A stretch of DNA of 64,000 nucleotides, taken from the NCBI GenBank assembly GCA_963796955.1, contig CAWCNJ010000008.1, positions 224,001 through 288,000 on the forward strand, in the 5' to 3' direction. Of the stretch, positions 29,322 to 38,645 are shown in pieces. A model generated the notes under the pieces. That model was given only the letters and a program-made list of their open reading frames with translations, did not search any database and had not been told where the DNA came from. The position numbers and the translations under genes are program-made. The stretch comes from Endomicrobiales bacterium. GTDB taxonomy: Bacteria; Elusimicrobiota; Endomicrobiia; Endomicrobiales; JALOBY01. The first letter of the stretch is position 1. Every line of letters starts with the position of its first letter.

Positions 29322-31105
29322 TGCTGCTCTACCCGATAATGGTTCCGCTCTTCGCAAGTCTGGTGTTCATGCTCATACCGCGCCGTTTCAGCGCGGCGTG
29401 CCGTAACGCGCTTGCTTTTATTGCCGCCGCCAATATCGTTATTTGCTTTGCCATAGCTTTCAGGCAGGCAAAGGTTATATCAGAGCTGCTCAGGTTCGAT
29501 GCGCTCTCGGCCCTGGTCCTGGCCGGCGCGGCTTTTTTCGCCGCAGTGATCACCGCGTACGCCATCGGTTATTTCGACGCTGCGTTCAACTGGAAATCCT
29601 TCGGGATCTATGTTTGCTGGGCGATGGCCTGCGCCAGCGGCATCGCGCTCACCAATGATTTTGTACTCTTGCTGGTCTTCTGGGGTTTTCTGGGCCTGAC
29701 GTTATTCCTTATGATGAACCTTGATCCCAAGGCTTCCCAGGCCGCAAAAAAAATGCTTATCATCGTAGGCGGCACCGATATTTTGATGGCCGCGGGCATT
29801 GTGATCATCTGGTCTCAACGGAACAGCTGGATGATGAGCGGGACCCCCTTGCCGGTGACCGGGATCAATGTTATGGCTTTCATTCTGATAGCGGTCGGCG
29901 CGCTTGCAAAAGCCGGCGCTTTCCCGGTGCACTCCTGGCTGCCGGACGCCGCCGAGTTCTCTCCTGCGCCGTTCACCGCAATGCTGCCGGCCTCGCTGGA
30001 CAAATTGCTGGGCATTTATTTGCTGACGCGCGTCGTTACCGGCTTTTTTGAACCCGCGGCGCCTTTCATTACCGGCTTTCTTCTCATAATAGGTGCGATC
30101 ACCGTTTTTGGCGCGGCTATGATGTCGCTGGTCCAAAAGGACATGAAGAGGCTGTTAGGCTATTGCGCCGTCTCCCAGGTGGGTTTCATGGTCATCGGCA
30201 TCGGTACGGGAAACCTTATCGCCATGGCAGGCGGCCTGTTCCATATGCTCAATCACGCCATATACAAATCTTCTCTTTTCATGACGGCGGGTTCCGTCGA
30301 AAAACAGACCGGCACTACGGACCTGGACAAACTTGGCGGTTTGGCCAAGGCGATGCCGCTGACGTTCGTGAGCGCGCTTGTTGCATCGCTGTCGATCTCC
30401 GGTTTTCCGCCGTTCAACGGCTTCTTCTCAAAGTGGATGATATACCAGGGTCTGCTGGTCTCCTTCTCTCAAGACCATTCGGTGATCACGATCGTCGCGC
30501 TGCTCTCGGCCATGTTCGGCACCTCGCTGACATTGGCGGCCTTCATTAAGCTGTTGCACTCGGCCTATCTTTCTTTTCCGCGTTTGTCCCTGGAAAGCAT
30601 AAAGGAAGTCCCGCCGGTCATGTGGATATCTACCATGCTTTTGAGCGTACTGTGCCTGGTGCTTGGTATCGGTTCCATGAATTTCGTAGTGCCGCGCATT
30701 ATCCTGCCGGCCCTTTCAGCCGCCACCTCCGGCAATATTCCTTTGCTGGTCTACCCATCAGGTCTCGCGATAGCCTGCCTGTTGGGAAGCATCGCGGCGG
30801 GCATATTGTTCTACGTTATCACCGTGCTGCCGGTCAGAAAAGATTGCGCGTACCTGGGCGGGGAAAATGTGGATGAGAATTGCTACCCGACCGGCACCGA
30901 CTTTTACAGGACTTTTGAGACTGCACCGCTGCTCAGGAGCGTCTACCGTTGGTCGAAAAATAAATATCTGGATCTGTATGACCTTTCTGCGCGGGCATTA
31001 CGCAGCGCAGGTTCTGTACTTTCAGATATGCATGCCGGCGTATTAAATTCTTACGTGCTGTGGGTGGTCGCCGGCCTGATAGCACTGTTACTGGTATCCC
31101 TATGA
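29321..31105 (+). CDS. Antiporter-like proton-translocating subunit (NuoL/MrpA/HyfB-like)
   Basis: KAGAFPVHSWLPDA, SLDKLLG, HMLNHAIYKS.LF, PPFNGFFSKW. Confidence 0.88.
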   Translation: MLLYPIMVPLFASLVFMLIPRRFSAACRNALAFIAAANIVICFAIAFRQAKVISELLRFDALSALVLAGAAFFAAVITAYAIGYFDAAFNWKSFGIYVCWAMACASGIALTNDFVLLLVFWGFLGLTLFLMMNLDPKASQAAKKMLIIVGGTDILMAAGIVIIWSQRNSWMMSGTPLPVTGINVMAFILIAVGALAKAGAFPVHSWLPDAAEFSPAPFTAMLPASLDKLLGIYLLTRVVTGFFEPAAPFITGFLLIIGAITVFGAAMMSLVQKDMKRLLGYCAVSQVGFMVIGIGTGNLIAMAGGLFHMLNHAIYKSSLFMTAGSVEKQTGTTDLDKLGGLAKAMPLTFVSALVASLSISGFPPFNGFFSKWMIYQGLLVSFSQDHSVITIVALLSAMFGTSLTLAAFIKLLHSAYLSFPRLSLESIKEVPPVMWISTMLLSVLCLVLGIGSMNFVVPRIILPALSAATSGNIPLLVYPSGLAIACLLGSIAAGILFYVITVLPVRKDCAYLGGENVDENCYPTGTDFYRTFETAPLLRSVYRWSKNKYLDLYDLSARALRSAGSVLSDMHAGVLNSYVLWVVAGLIALLLVSL

Positions 31106-31644
31106 ACATGAACTCAATGGCAATATTACTGACCGTACTTATTTCGCTGATGGTCATCGGCGCTATCGCGGCTCTGGAAACAAAGAATATGTTCGCGGCT
31201 GTGCTCAGCTGGGCGGGAGCCTGTCTGACGCTTTCAGCTATATTTGTGATGCTTAACGCTCTCGATCTGGCGGTCGTACAACTGGCCGTCGAAATCATCG
31301 TTGTCGTGTTACTGCTGCGCGCTACCGCCAGTCTCGGAACGGAGACGCCGAGGGAACGCTCCGTGCTCAGCGCACTGCCGAGATATCTAACCGCGCTGCT
31401 TATGGCCGCCGGCTTTTTCATACTGTGTTATTTTGCCTTAAAAGATCTGCCGCCCTTTGGCCTGCCGTTGTTTAAAGCTGCGCAGACCGTGCTGAATAAC
31501 GGCTCGCAGACCACCGGCTTCACCAATCTTGCCGGCGCGGTATTCTTAAGGATCAGGTCTCTCGATGTTTTCGCGGCCGCAGCCCTGTTCTTCGCGGCTG
31601 TGCTTGGCGCGATGTCGCTGCTGCGCGGCAAGGGGCACAAATGA
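31102..31644 (+). CDS. MbhD/MbhE-like (DUF4040 + MnhB-related) membrane subunit
   Basis: A.DLAVVQLAVE, TNL..AVFL..RSLDVF; ATGA overlap. Confidence 0.7.
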   Translation: MNMNSMAILLTVLISLMVIGAIAALETKNMFAAVLSWAGACLTLSAIFVMLNALDLAVVQLAVEIIVVVLLLRATASLGTETPRERSVLSALPRYLTALLMAAGFFILCYFALKDLPPFGLPLFKAAQTVLNNGSQTTGFTNLAGAVFLRIRSLDVFAAAALFFAAVLGAMSLLRGKGHK

Positions 31645-32060
31645 AATTTATGTCACGTAAAACCGCAATAATTATACTGGTCGGCGCAGCCATGGTACTC
31701 GCGATCATTTTCTCGCTCCTCGGCGCGGCACTGCCGGGCGGCGCCTTCGCCTCGGGAATACTGTTTGCCGCAGCCTATATCACCGTTCTTTTTACTGTCG
31801 GCCGGCAGCAAATGGCGGAATATTGCTCCGTCGCGCAGCTGGTGGCTGTCAGCTGCAGTGGTCTGGCGCTCCTGCTGTTGTTATCCCTGCTTGGCTCCAG
31901 CAGCATTGGCTCGGGCAGCTTCATGGGTGACGCTTTCGCCGGCTCCAGGGTGTTCAGTATCATCGCTTTGAATATTTCGATCGCGCTTGCCTTCGGCGCC
32001 GGCATCAGCGGTATTGTAACTATTTTTTTAACATACGATCCCGCGGAGGACGCAGAATGA
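31641..32060 (+). CDS. MnhB/MbhF-like membrane subunit
   Basis: PGGAFASG motif, four TM segments, operon position. Confidence 0.65.
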   Translation: MKFMSRKTAIIILVGAAMVLAIIFSLLGAALPGGAFASGILFAAAYITVLFTVGRQQMAEYCSVAQLVAVSCSGLALLLLLSLLGSSSIGSGSFMGDAFAGSRVFSIIALNISIALAFGAGISGIVTIFLTYDPAEDAE

Positions 32061-32371
32061 TACTATACTCGCTCGCGCTTACCTTGCTGGCCCTCGGGAT
32101 ATACGGACTGCTGGCAAAAAAAGACCTGCTGAAAATATTCTTCTCTATATCGTTCATGGAGCTGGGCATGGTGCTGCTGTTCGTTGTTGCGGGTTACCGG
32201 CAGGACCCGTTCACCGGCTTAGGCGAAATGAGCCCGCTGAGCGAATCGATAACGATCTGTCTTCTTATCGCAGGCCTTGTTTTTACGGTGATCTTCGCGG
32301 CTCTGATGGTCCGGCTGAAAGCAAAATACGGCAGCCTTGATATAACCACCATGAGGAAACTAAAAGGATGA
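32057..32371 (+). CDS. MnhC/NuoK/MbhG-like subunit
   Basis: GIYGLL.KKDLLKI, YGSLDI..MRKLKG. Confidence 0.8.
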   Translation: MILYSLALTLLALGIYGLLAKKDLLKIFFSISFMELGMVLLFVVAGYRQDPFTGLGEMSPLSESITICLLIAGLVFTVIFAALMVRLKAKYGSLDITTMRKLKG

Positions 32372-33867
32372 CGATAAAACTGCTTCCCTTGTTCATACTA
32401 TTACCTTTTCTGCTCTCTGTTGCGATCACCCTGTGCAGGGGTTTCGCGAAGAACACCGAGAAGCTGATACCCCTTGTCGGCACGGCCGCGCTCTTCCTGC
32501 TCTCGATCGTTTCGATCAAGCCAGTATTTCAGGCATTAGTTTACCCGATCGCGGGCTTTCATCCGCCGGTCGGCTCACCCCTTATTTTCGACTCTTTATC
32601 CGTTGTCATGTTGATCGCCATCAATACGGTAACGTTCGCCGTTACCCTGTACTCGTGGAATTACATAGACAGCTACACCGGAGGTTGGAAATTCTTCGCG
32701 CTGCTGATGCTGATGTTGTGCGGCCTTAACGGCACGGTGCTTTCGGGCGATCTTTTCACCATGTACCTTTTCGTCGAACTCACGGCTATCACGGCCTACG
32801 TGCTTGTCGCCTTCGGTAACCGCGGCGCAGAGCTGGAGGCCGCGTTAAGATACCTTGTTCTGGGAACACTTGCCTCCATTCTTATATTACTCGGCATATG
32901 GCTGCTGTTCTCTTTTACCGGCACATTGAATTTTGCTGAATTATCGCGTTCGCTGCAAACCTTCGGCAATTCCTGGCTGACGAGGGCCGTCTTGCTTTTA
33001 TTTGTAACCGGTTTTGGGCTGAAAGCGGCGCTGGTACCGTTCCACGCCTGGCTGCCCGATGCCCATACTTCTGCGCCAGCCCCCGTATCCGCGATGCTTT
33101 CAGGACTGGTCATTAAAACACTCGGCATCTATGCTCTTGCAAGGATCATATTCAACGTTCTCGGCCTGACGCCCCACGCGGCCGCCGTGCTGATGCTGTT
33201 AGCGATGCTCTCTATTGTGATAGGTTCACTGCTGGCGCTGAGGCAGACCGATATCAAAAGGATGCTGGCGTACAGTTCTATAAGCCAGGTGGGTTTCATC
33301 GTCATGGGCCTGGCCCTTGCAACGCCGCTTGGTATCGTCGGCGCGCTGTTCCACCTGCTTAACCACGCTTTCGGCAAATCAACGCTGTTCCTCAACGCCG
33401 GTGCGGTGGAACACTCGACGGGCACGCGTGATTACGCACTGCTCGGAGGGCTCAAGGAAAAAATGCCGCTGACGGCCAATGTATCGCTGCTTGCTTCCAT
33501 GTCCATCGCGGGCGTTCCACCCTTCGCGGGCTTTTGGTCAAAGCTGATCATAATCATCGCCTGCGTGCAGGCCGGTTTCATAAATCTGGCTGTTTTTCTT
33601 GCCGCGGCAAGCATACTGACACTGGCCTATATGGTCAACCTGCAAAAAAGGGTTTTCTTCGGCACGCTTAAAGAGGCATTAAATGATGTTAAAGAAGCGC
33701 CGTTCTCCATGTGTTCTGCGATGGTGTTTTTAACCATTGTCAGCCTTTCGGCAATAACGCTGATGCTGCCGCTATTGTCGAACGCCGTATTCGTTAATGC
33801 GCAGCGGGTCCTGGCGTTGGGCGTTGACTACGCCCAGGTGCTTGTGCGGATCACGGGGAAATTCTAA
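32368..33867 (+). CDS. MnhD/MbhH-like antiporter subunit
   Basis: DLFTMYLFVE, KAALVPFHAWLPDAH..AP, KRMLAYSSISQ, PPFAGFWSK. Confidence 0.9.
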   Translation: MTIKLLPLFILLPFLLSVAITLCRGFAKNTEKLIPLVGTAALFLLSIVSIKPVFQALVYPIAGFHPPVGSPLIFDSLSVVMLIAINTVTFAVTLYSWNYIDSYTGGWKFFALLMLMLCGLNGTVLSGDLFTMYLFVELTAITAYVLVAFGNRGAELEAALRYLVLGTLASILILLGIWLLFSFTGTLNFAELSRSLQTFGNSWLTRAVLLLFVTGFGLKAALVPFHAWLPDAHTSAPAPVSAMLSGLVIKTLGIYALARIIFNVLGLTPHAAAVLMLLAMLSIVIGSLLALRQTDIKRMLAYSSISQVGFIVMGLALATPLGIVGALFHLLNHAFGKSTLFLNAGAVEHSTGTRDYALLGGLKEKMPLTANVSLLASMSIAGVPPFAGFWSKLIIIIACVQAGFINLAVFLAAASILTLAYMVNLQKRVFFGTLKEALNDVKEAPFSMCSAMVFLTIVSLSAITLMLPLLSNAVFVNAQRVLALGVDYAQVLVRITGKF

Positions 33868-34136
33868 TGAATATATCCACTAGTATCATTGCGGTTGTCA
33901 TATGTGCGATAGTGCTTACTGCTTTTCGTCTATGGACAGGTAAAAACGTTCAGGGACGTATTACGGCGATCATCGCGCTGGAAGCACTGCTCATAGCATT
34001 TGCCCTTACCGTGGCGGCCGTGAGGGGAAGCGCAGTGCTGCTTCTCGTGACCGCCGCGTGGCTTGTTCAGGCCGGAATGCTGCTTATTGTATTGACGAAA
34101 ATCGGCGAGTCGTTAAAGGCGGACCACACCGAATGA
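33867..34136 (+). CDS. Small membrane subunit, MrpF/MbhB-like (divergent)
   Basis: Three TM segments, FRLWTG...GRITA pattern like MrpF R..GP...DR. Confidence 0.5.
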   Translation: MNISTSIIAVVICAIVLTAFRLWTGKNVQGRITAIIALEALLIAFALTVAAVRGSAVLLLVTAAWLVQAGMLLIVLTKIGESLKADHTE

Positions 34137-34756
34137 AATACCCGAAACTACGCGAGTTGAAGGAAGCGCTCAAAGCGATATTCAAAGGCCCCTTCACCAA
34201 TAAATTTCCCTTCGCGCCGCACACCGCGATGCCGGGTTTTCGCGGCCGACCGACCCCATCCGACAAGCACTGTATCGGCTGCGGCGCCTGCGCCGCGGTC
34301 TGTCCGCCGGGAGCGATCACGGTTGTAGAAGACCTGAAGGCGAACCCGCCGACAAGGAAATTAGTTTGGAATTATGACGTCTGCATTTTTTGCGGCCAGT
34401 GCGAACGGTTGTGCACGACCGAAAAAGGCGTAAAACTTACCCAGGAATATGACCTGGCGACGTACGACAGGGCCGGTCTTACAGACAGCGTTCAAAAGGA
34501 ACTGGTAGTCTGTGAATGCTGCAACACGGTCATTGCCCCGAAGGAACAACTGCTGTGGGCAGCCAGAAAACTAGGTCCGCTTTCTTCGGGCAATTTCAAC
34601 CTCACATTCACGGTGCAAAAAGATCTTAAGATAGCTGATGATGTTAAAACTGAACTGCCCGATACACCGGCCGCCAGGGCTAACCTGTACCGGGTGTTGT
34701 GCCCGAAGTGCCGGCATACGGTGCTTGTCTTCAACCAGACCGGAAAACAACCCTGA
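34133..34756 (+). CDS. NuoI/MbhN-like 4Fe-4S subunit with extra Cys pairs
   Basis: GPFT.KFP, FRG.P, CIGCGACAAVCP, CIFCGQCERLC, CECC...CPKC. Confidence 0.88.
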   Translation: MKYPKLRELKEALKAIFKGPFTNKFPFAPHTAMPGFRGRPTPSDKHCIGCGACAAVCPPGAITVVEDLKANPPTRKLVWNYDVCIFCGQCERLCTTEKGVKLTQEYDLATYDRAGLTDSVQKELVVCECCNTVIAPKEQLLWAARKLGPLSSGNFNLTFTVQKDLKIADDVKTELPDTPAARANLYRVLCPKCRHTVLVFNQTGKQP

Positions 34757-34759
34757 AGT

Positions 34760-35224
34760 ATGGGTGGCTTAAAAGACTTTCTGGCAAAGGCGCGCAAACC
34801 CCTTATCTTCGCGGGTGTCGGCAACAAAGAGCTGTCCGATGACGGCGCCGGCCCCGCTCTCGCCGGCAGGATCTTAAACCCGGCGTTCGAGACCGTCGAT
34901 TGCGGTACCGTACCTGAAAATTTTCTTGAAAAGATAGCTGCACTGAAGGCTGCAACAATAGTGATCATAGACGCGACCGACCTGAGAACCACGCCCGGCT
35001 CCTACTCCATTCTCCCCGCTCACCAGATCGCTCATGCAGCTATCTCAACCCACGCGTTATCGCTCGGTATGATGGCGCAGTATCTTTCTTCAGAGGGAAC
35101 CTCTGAGTTGTACCTTCTTGCTGTACAGCCGCGGACGATCTCAGAGGGTGCGTGTTTAAGCGGACCTGTCGAGAAGACCATTTTGGAACTGGCGACAATT
35201 ATTAATGCCTATCAAGAACGATAA
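34760..35224 (+). CDS. hycI: Hydrogenase maturation endopeptidase (HycI-type)
   Basis: GVGN..LSDDGAG, CGTVPEN, IIDA, STHAL. Confidence 0.88.
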   Translation: MGGLKDFLAKARKPLIFAGVGNKELSDDGAGPALAGRILNPAFETVDCGTVPENFLEKIAALKAATIVIIDATDLRTTPGSYSILPAHQIAHAAISTHALSLGMMAQYLSSEGTSELYLLAVQPRTISEGACLSGPVEKTILELATIINAYQER

Positions 35225-37502
35225 GACGATCACAAAAAAAATATTGATACGGGGAACCGTTCAAGGCATAGGCTTTCGCCCCGCTGTGCACAGGATAGCC
35301 GCCCGGCTCCGCCTGACCGGTTCCGTCGCCAATACGTCCGCCGGCGCCGAGATCATACTGGAGGGACCGGCGAACAACGTAAATAAGTTCATACCTGCGT
35401 TAAAAAAACAGCTGCCGCCGGCCTCAAAGATCACATCCCTCACCAGTGCCATGGTCCCGGCACGAGGCTTCAAGAACTTCACTATCACAGACTCGTCAAA
35501 AGATAAAAGCACTACCGCCGATCTGCCGCCTGACCTTGCGACCTGTCCAAAATGCCTCAGGGAACTTTTCACCTCATCCGACCGAAGGTACCGCTATCCA
35601 TTCATTAACTGCACGGAATGCGGACCGCGCTACACGATCTCGACCGGTTTGCCCTACGACCGCCCCGAAACGACTATGGCGGACTTTTCCATGTGCGCCG
35701 CCTGTGAAAAGGAATATCAGTCCGCGCACGATCGCCGCTTCCATGCCCAGCCCAACGCCTGCGGCGATTGCGGACCGCAGCTGACGCTCATGGATAAACA
35801 ATGGCATGTCGTGGCCAAAGAAGACGAGGCGGTCGCCAGATCCGTGGAATATTTGCAGAAAGGGAAGATACTTGCGGTGAAAAGCCTGGGCGGCTATCAC
35901 CTGGCCTGCGACGCCAGGAACCCGAACGCCATCGCCTGCCTGCGCATGCGCAAGCAGCGCCCGCATAAACCTTTCGCCGTTATGCTGCCGGACATCGCCG
36001 CTGTTCATGAATATTGTCATGTCAGCAAGGCGGAGCGGACACAGCTTTTATCAGCCGCCAGGCCGATCGTATTGTTGCGAAAAAAGATCCGGGTTGCCCG
36101 CTTAAGCCTGCCGCTGTATGATATCGCCCCGGACAACGCCTACATGGGTGTCATGCTGCCGTACACGCCGCTGCACAACCTGTTGTTCCGCCCGGCAATG
36201 GATCGGGCATGGCGGCCGCGCGCCCTTATCATGACGAGCGGAAATCGTTCAGATGAACCGATATGCAGCACGGAACCGGAAGCCCGCAGCCGGCTGGCGG
36301 GTATTGCCGACTTTCTGCTGACGAACGACCGTCCGATCCATAACCGCGCCGACGACTCCATAGTGCAGGTAATGCCTTCCGGCAACACGGTCGTAGTGCG
36401 CAGAAGCCGCGGTTTTGCGCCCCGTCCGGTAACGCTATCGATCCCCGGGGGGACACCTGCTATTTTTGCCGCCGGCGCCGAATTAAAGAACACGTTCTGT
36501 CTGACCCGGGGTTCGCAGGCCTATATTTCCCCGTACATAGGAGATCTGGACAGCGCCGAAGCGCTCTCATTCTACCGGGAATCATTCGAGCGGAACAAAA
36601 AATTTCTCGATGTAAACCCTGCGATCATAGCTCATGATCTGCACCCCGACTATCATTCAACGATCTTCGCCCGGGAACTGCGCTCAAAGGATAGGACGCT
36701 TAAACGAATTGCCGTTCAGCATCATCAGGCGCACATTGCCTCGGTCATGGCCGAGCACCGGCAGAAGGGACCGCTCACCGGCATCGCCTTCGACGGTACC
36801 GGTTTGGGGCTTGACGGCACTATCTGGGGTGGGGAATGTTTTACGGTTAATGCCGCGGGCGTTTTCGAACGCGGGGCGCACATTGGTTACTTTGCCCTGC
36901 CGGGCGGCGATATCGCCGCGCGCGAGATATGGCGGCTGGCTGTTTCCCTGCTGCACCAATCCGGGATATCAAAAGTCCCGAAGCATTTAAAAGCCTATCC
37001 CGTAAAAATGACGCGGCAGATGATACAGAAGAATATGAACAGCCCCCGGTGCTGCAGCGTCGGCAGATTATTTGACGCGGTAGCCGCGATAATTAACCTG
37101 CGGACCGAGTGTTCTTTTGAGGCGCAGGCGGCCATGGAGATGGAAGCGCTGGCAGTGGACACACCGACAAAAAAAGGATATAATTTTGTTTTCAAAGACG
37201 GTATAGTGCCTGTCGAGCCGATCATTCAGGCGGTGTACGCGGACTTTATGGCAGGGGTGCCTTCATTTGAGATAAGCGCCAGTTTTCACCTTACCTTAAG
37301 CCGCATTATTATCGCGCTGGCCGAACATTTTAATAACCGGACGGTTGCGTTAAGCGGCGGCGTTTTTCAGAACCGCGTGTTGTTGGATCTGGCGGAAAAA
37401 CAGCTGCTCAACGCAGGTTTCAAGGTGTATTATAATAATAGTGCCCCCATAAATGACGGCGGGATTTCTCTGGGGCAGGCGTATATCGCCGCAAAGGAAT
37501 AA
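35205..37502 (+). CDS. hypF: Carbamoyltransferase HypF
   Basis: GTVQGIGFRP, CPKC/CTECGPRY zinc fingers, RRFHAQP, HDLHPDY, QHHQAH, NDGGISLGQ. Confidence 0.96.
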   Translation: MPIKNDKTITKKILIRGTVQGIGFRPAVHRIAARLRLTGSVANTSAGAEIILEGPANNVNKFIPALKKQLPPASKITSLTSAMVPARGFKNFTITDSSKDKSTTADLPPDLATCPKCLRELFTSSDRRYRYPFINCTECGPRYTISTGLPYDRPETTMADFSMCAACEKEYQSAHDRRFHAQPNACGDCGPQLTLMDKQWHVVAKEDEAVARSVEYLQKGKILAVKSLGGYHLACDARNPNAIACLRMRKQRPHKPFAVMLPDIAAVHEYCHVSKAERTQLLSAARPIVLLRKKIRVARLSLPLYDIAPDNAYMGVMLPYTPLHNLLFRPAMDRAWRPRALIMTSGNRSDEPICSTEPEARSRLAGIADFLLTNDRPIHNRADDSIVQVMPSGNTVVVRRSRGFAPRPVTLSIPGGTPAIFAAGAELKNTFCLTRGSQAYISPYIGDLDSAEALSFYRESFERNKKFLDVNPAIIAHDLHPDYHSTIFARELRSKDRTLKRIAVQHHQAHIASVMAEHRQKGPLTGIAFDGTGLGLDGTIWGGECFTVNAAGVFERGAHIGYFALPGGDIAAREIWRLAVSLLHQSGISKVPKHLKAYPVKMTRQMIQKNMNSPRCCSVGRLFDAVAAIINLRTECSFEAQAAMEMEALAVDTPTKKGYNFVFKDGIVPVEPIIQAVYADFMAGVPSFEISASFHLTLSRIIIALAEHFNNRTVALSGGVFQNRVLLDLAEKQLLNAGFKVYYNNSAPINDGGISLGQAYIAAKE

Positions 37503-37504
37503 TT

Positions 37505-37723
37505 ATGTGCCTTGCAGTACCCGGTAAAATACTTTCTATCAACAAGGAGCGCAAGGCTGAGGTTGATTTCGGCGGAGTGACCCGTTCGGTACAATTGGAC
37601 CTGGTGCCTGCGGCGGCGTGCGGCGATTATGTGATCGTCCATGCCGGCTACGCTATTCAACAACTTTCAAAACAACAGGCTCAGGAAACCCTTGATATCA
37701 TCAAAGAGGCGTTCGGTTCCTGA
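37505..37723 (+). CDS. hypC: Hydrogenase chaperone HypC
   Basis: MCLAVPG, GDYVIVHAGYAI. Confidence 0.96.
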   Translation: MCLAVPGKILSINKERKAEVDFGGVTRSVQLDLVPAAACGDYVIVHAGYAIQQLSKQQAQETLDIIKEAFGS

Positions 37724-38277
37724 TGAGCAGGCAATTTGTTATGAACGACCTGGCAACACCCCGCCTGTTGCTGAGAAAGCTCACTCTTAATGATGCCCCC
37801 GATATGTTCGAATACGCCAGTGATCCGCAGGTTCCGCTCTATACCCTCTGGGAAGCCCACGAAACGATCGACTGCACCCGTACGTTCATCAATACCGTTC
37901 TTGCCGGTTACCATGTTAATGAGACTGAGCCATGGGGAATAATATACCGCGAGAACGAAAAGCTGATCGGCACCGTCGGGTTTTTCGATTACCGGGAAAC
38001 CGAAGGTATCGGTGAAATCCATTACGCCCTCTCACGCGCCTATTGGGGAAAGGGCCTGATGCCGGAAGCCGTAAAAGAAGTGATACACTATGGTTTCGAC
38101 GCCCTGGAACTGAACACCATCACCGCGAAATGCATGTTGCAAAACCTGGCCTCCGAAAAAGTAATGCAGAAAGCCGGTATGACCTTTAAGGAAATACGGG
38201 CTGAGGCGATAGAGGCGAAAGGCAAAAAATGGGACGCGAAAGTGTATTACATTAAACGATCTGACCGATCCGTCTGA
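37723..38277 (+). CDS. GNAT acetyltransferase, RimJ/RimL family
   Basis: TPRLLLR, YWGKGLMPEA, NLASEKVMQKAGM. Confidence 0.88.
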   Translation: MSRQFVMNDLATPRLLLRKLTLNDAPDMFEYASDPQVPLYTLWEAHETIDCTRTFINTVLAGYHVNETEPWGIIYRENEKLIGTVGFFDYRETEGIGEIHYALSRAYWGKGLMPEAVKEVIHYGFDALELNTITAKCMLQNLASEKVMQKAGMTFKEIRAEAIEAKGKKWDAKVYYIKRSDRSV

Positions 38278-38297
38278 TCTGACTGATCCGCCCGATC
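38258..38297. repeat. Nonamer array of five GATC sites at 9-bp period
   Basis: GATCTGACC GATCCGTCT GATCTGACT GATCCGCCC GATC. Confidence 0.75.
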
Positions 38298-38309
38298 AAA
38301 GGGGTAACA

Positions 38310-38645
38310 ATGGAAAACAACAACGACACACATTTCTTAACATTAACCATGATGCTGGCCCAGGCAGCCTGGCAGCAGTTGGGGAAAGTTGCCAATCCCA
38401 TGACCGGTAAGATAGAAAAGGATCTAACGCACGCGCAGATGTCCATTGATATGCTGAGAATGCTCAAAGACAAGACCAAAGGCAACCTGCAGCCGGAAGA
38501 GGAAAAGATATTGTCGAACGCTGTCTGCGACCTGGAATTAAATTACGCCGATGAGGTAGACAAGACCTCTAAAGAACCAAAGAAAACGGAAACCACTCCT
38601 GCTAACGACCAACTGAAAGCTGATGAAAACAAATCCCAAGGTTAA
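38310..38645 (+). CDS. DUF1844 family protein
   Basis: LGK..NP.TGK.EKDL..A..SIDML.ML..KTKGNL..EE. Confidence 0.8.
   Translation: MENNNDTHFLTLTMMLAQAAWQQLGKVANPMTGKIEKDLTHAQMSIDMLRMLKDKTKGNLQPEEEKILSNAVCDLELNYADEVDKTSKEPKKTETTPANDQLKADENKSQG

Noticed and set aside
26323..34756. Annotation as respiratory complex I or a Ni-less Ehr/Mbx complex
   Set aside because: The large subunit retains both CxxC Ni-binding motifs and a cleavable tail, and hycI/hyp genes are adjacent
38258..38297. CRISPR array or oriC GATC cluster
   Set aside because: Period is only 9 bp with no spacers or cas genes; no DnaA-box cluster or dnaA nearby
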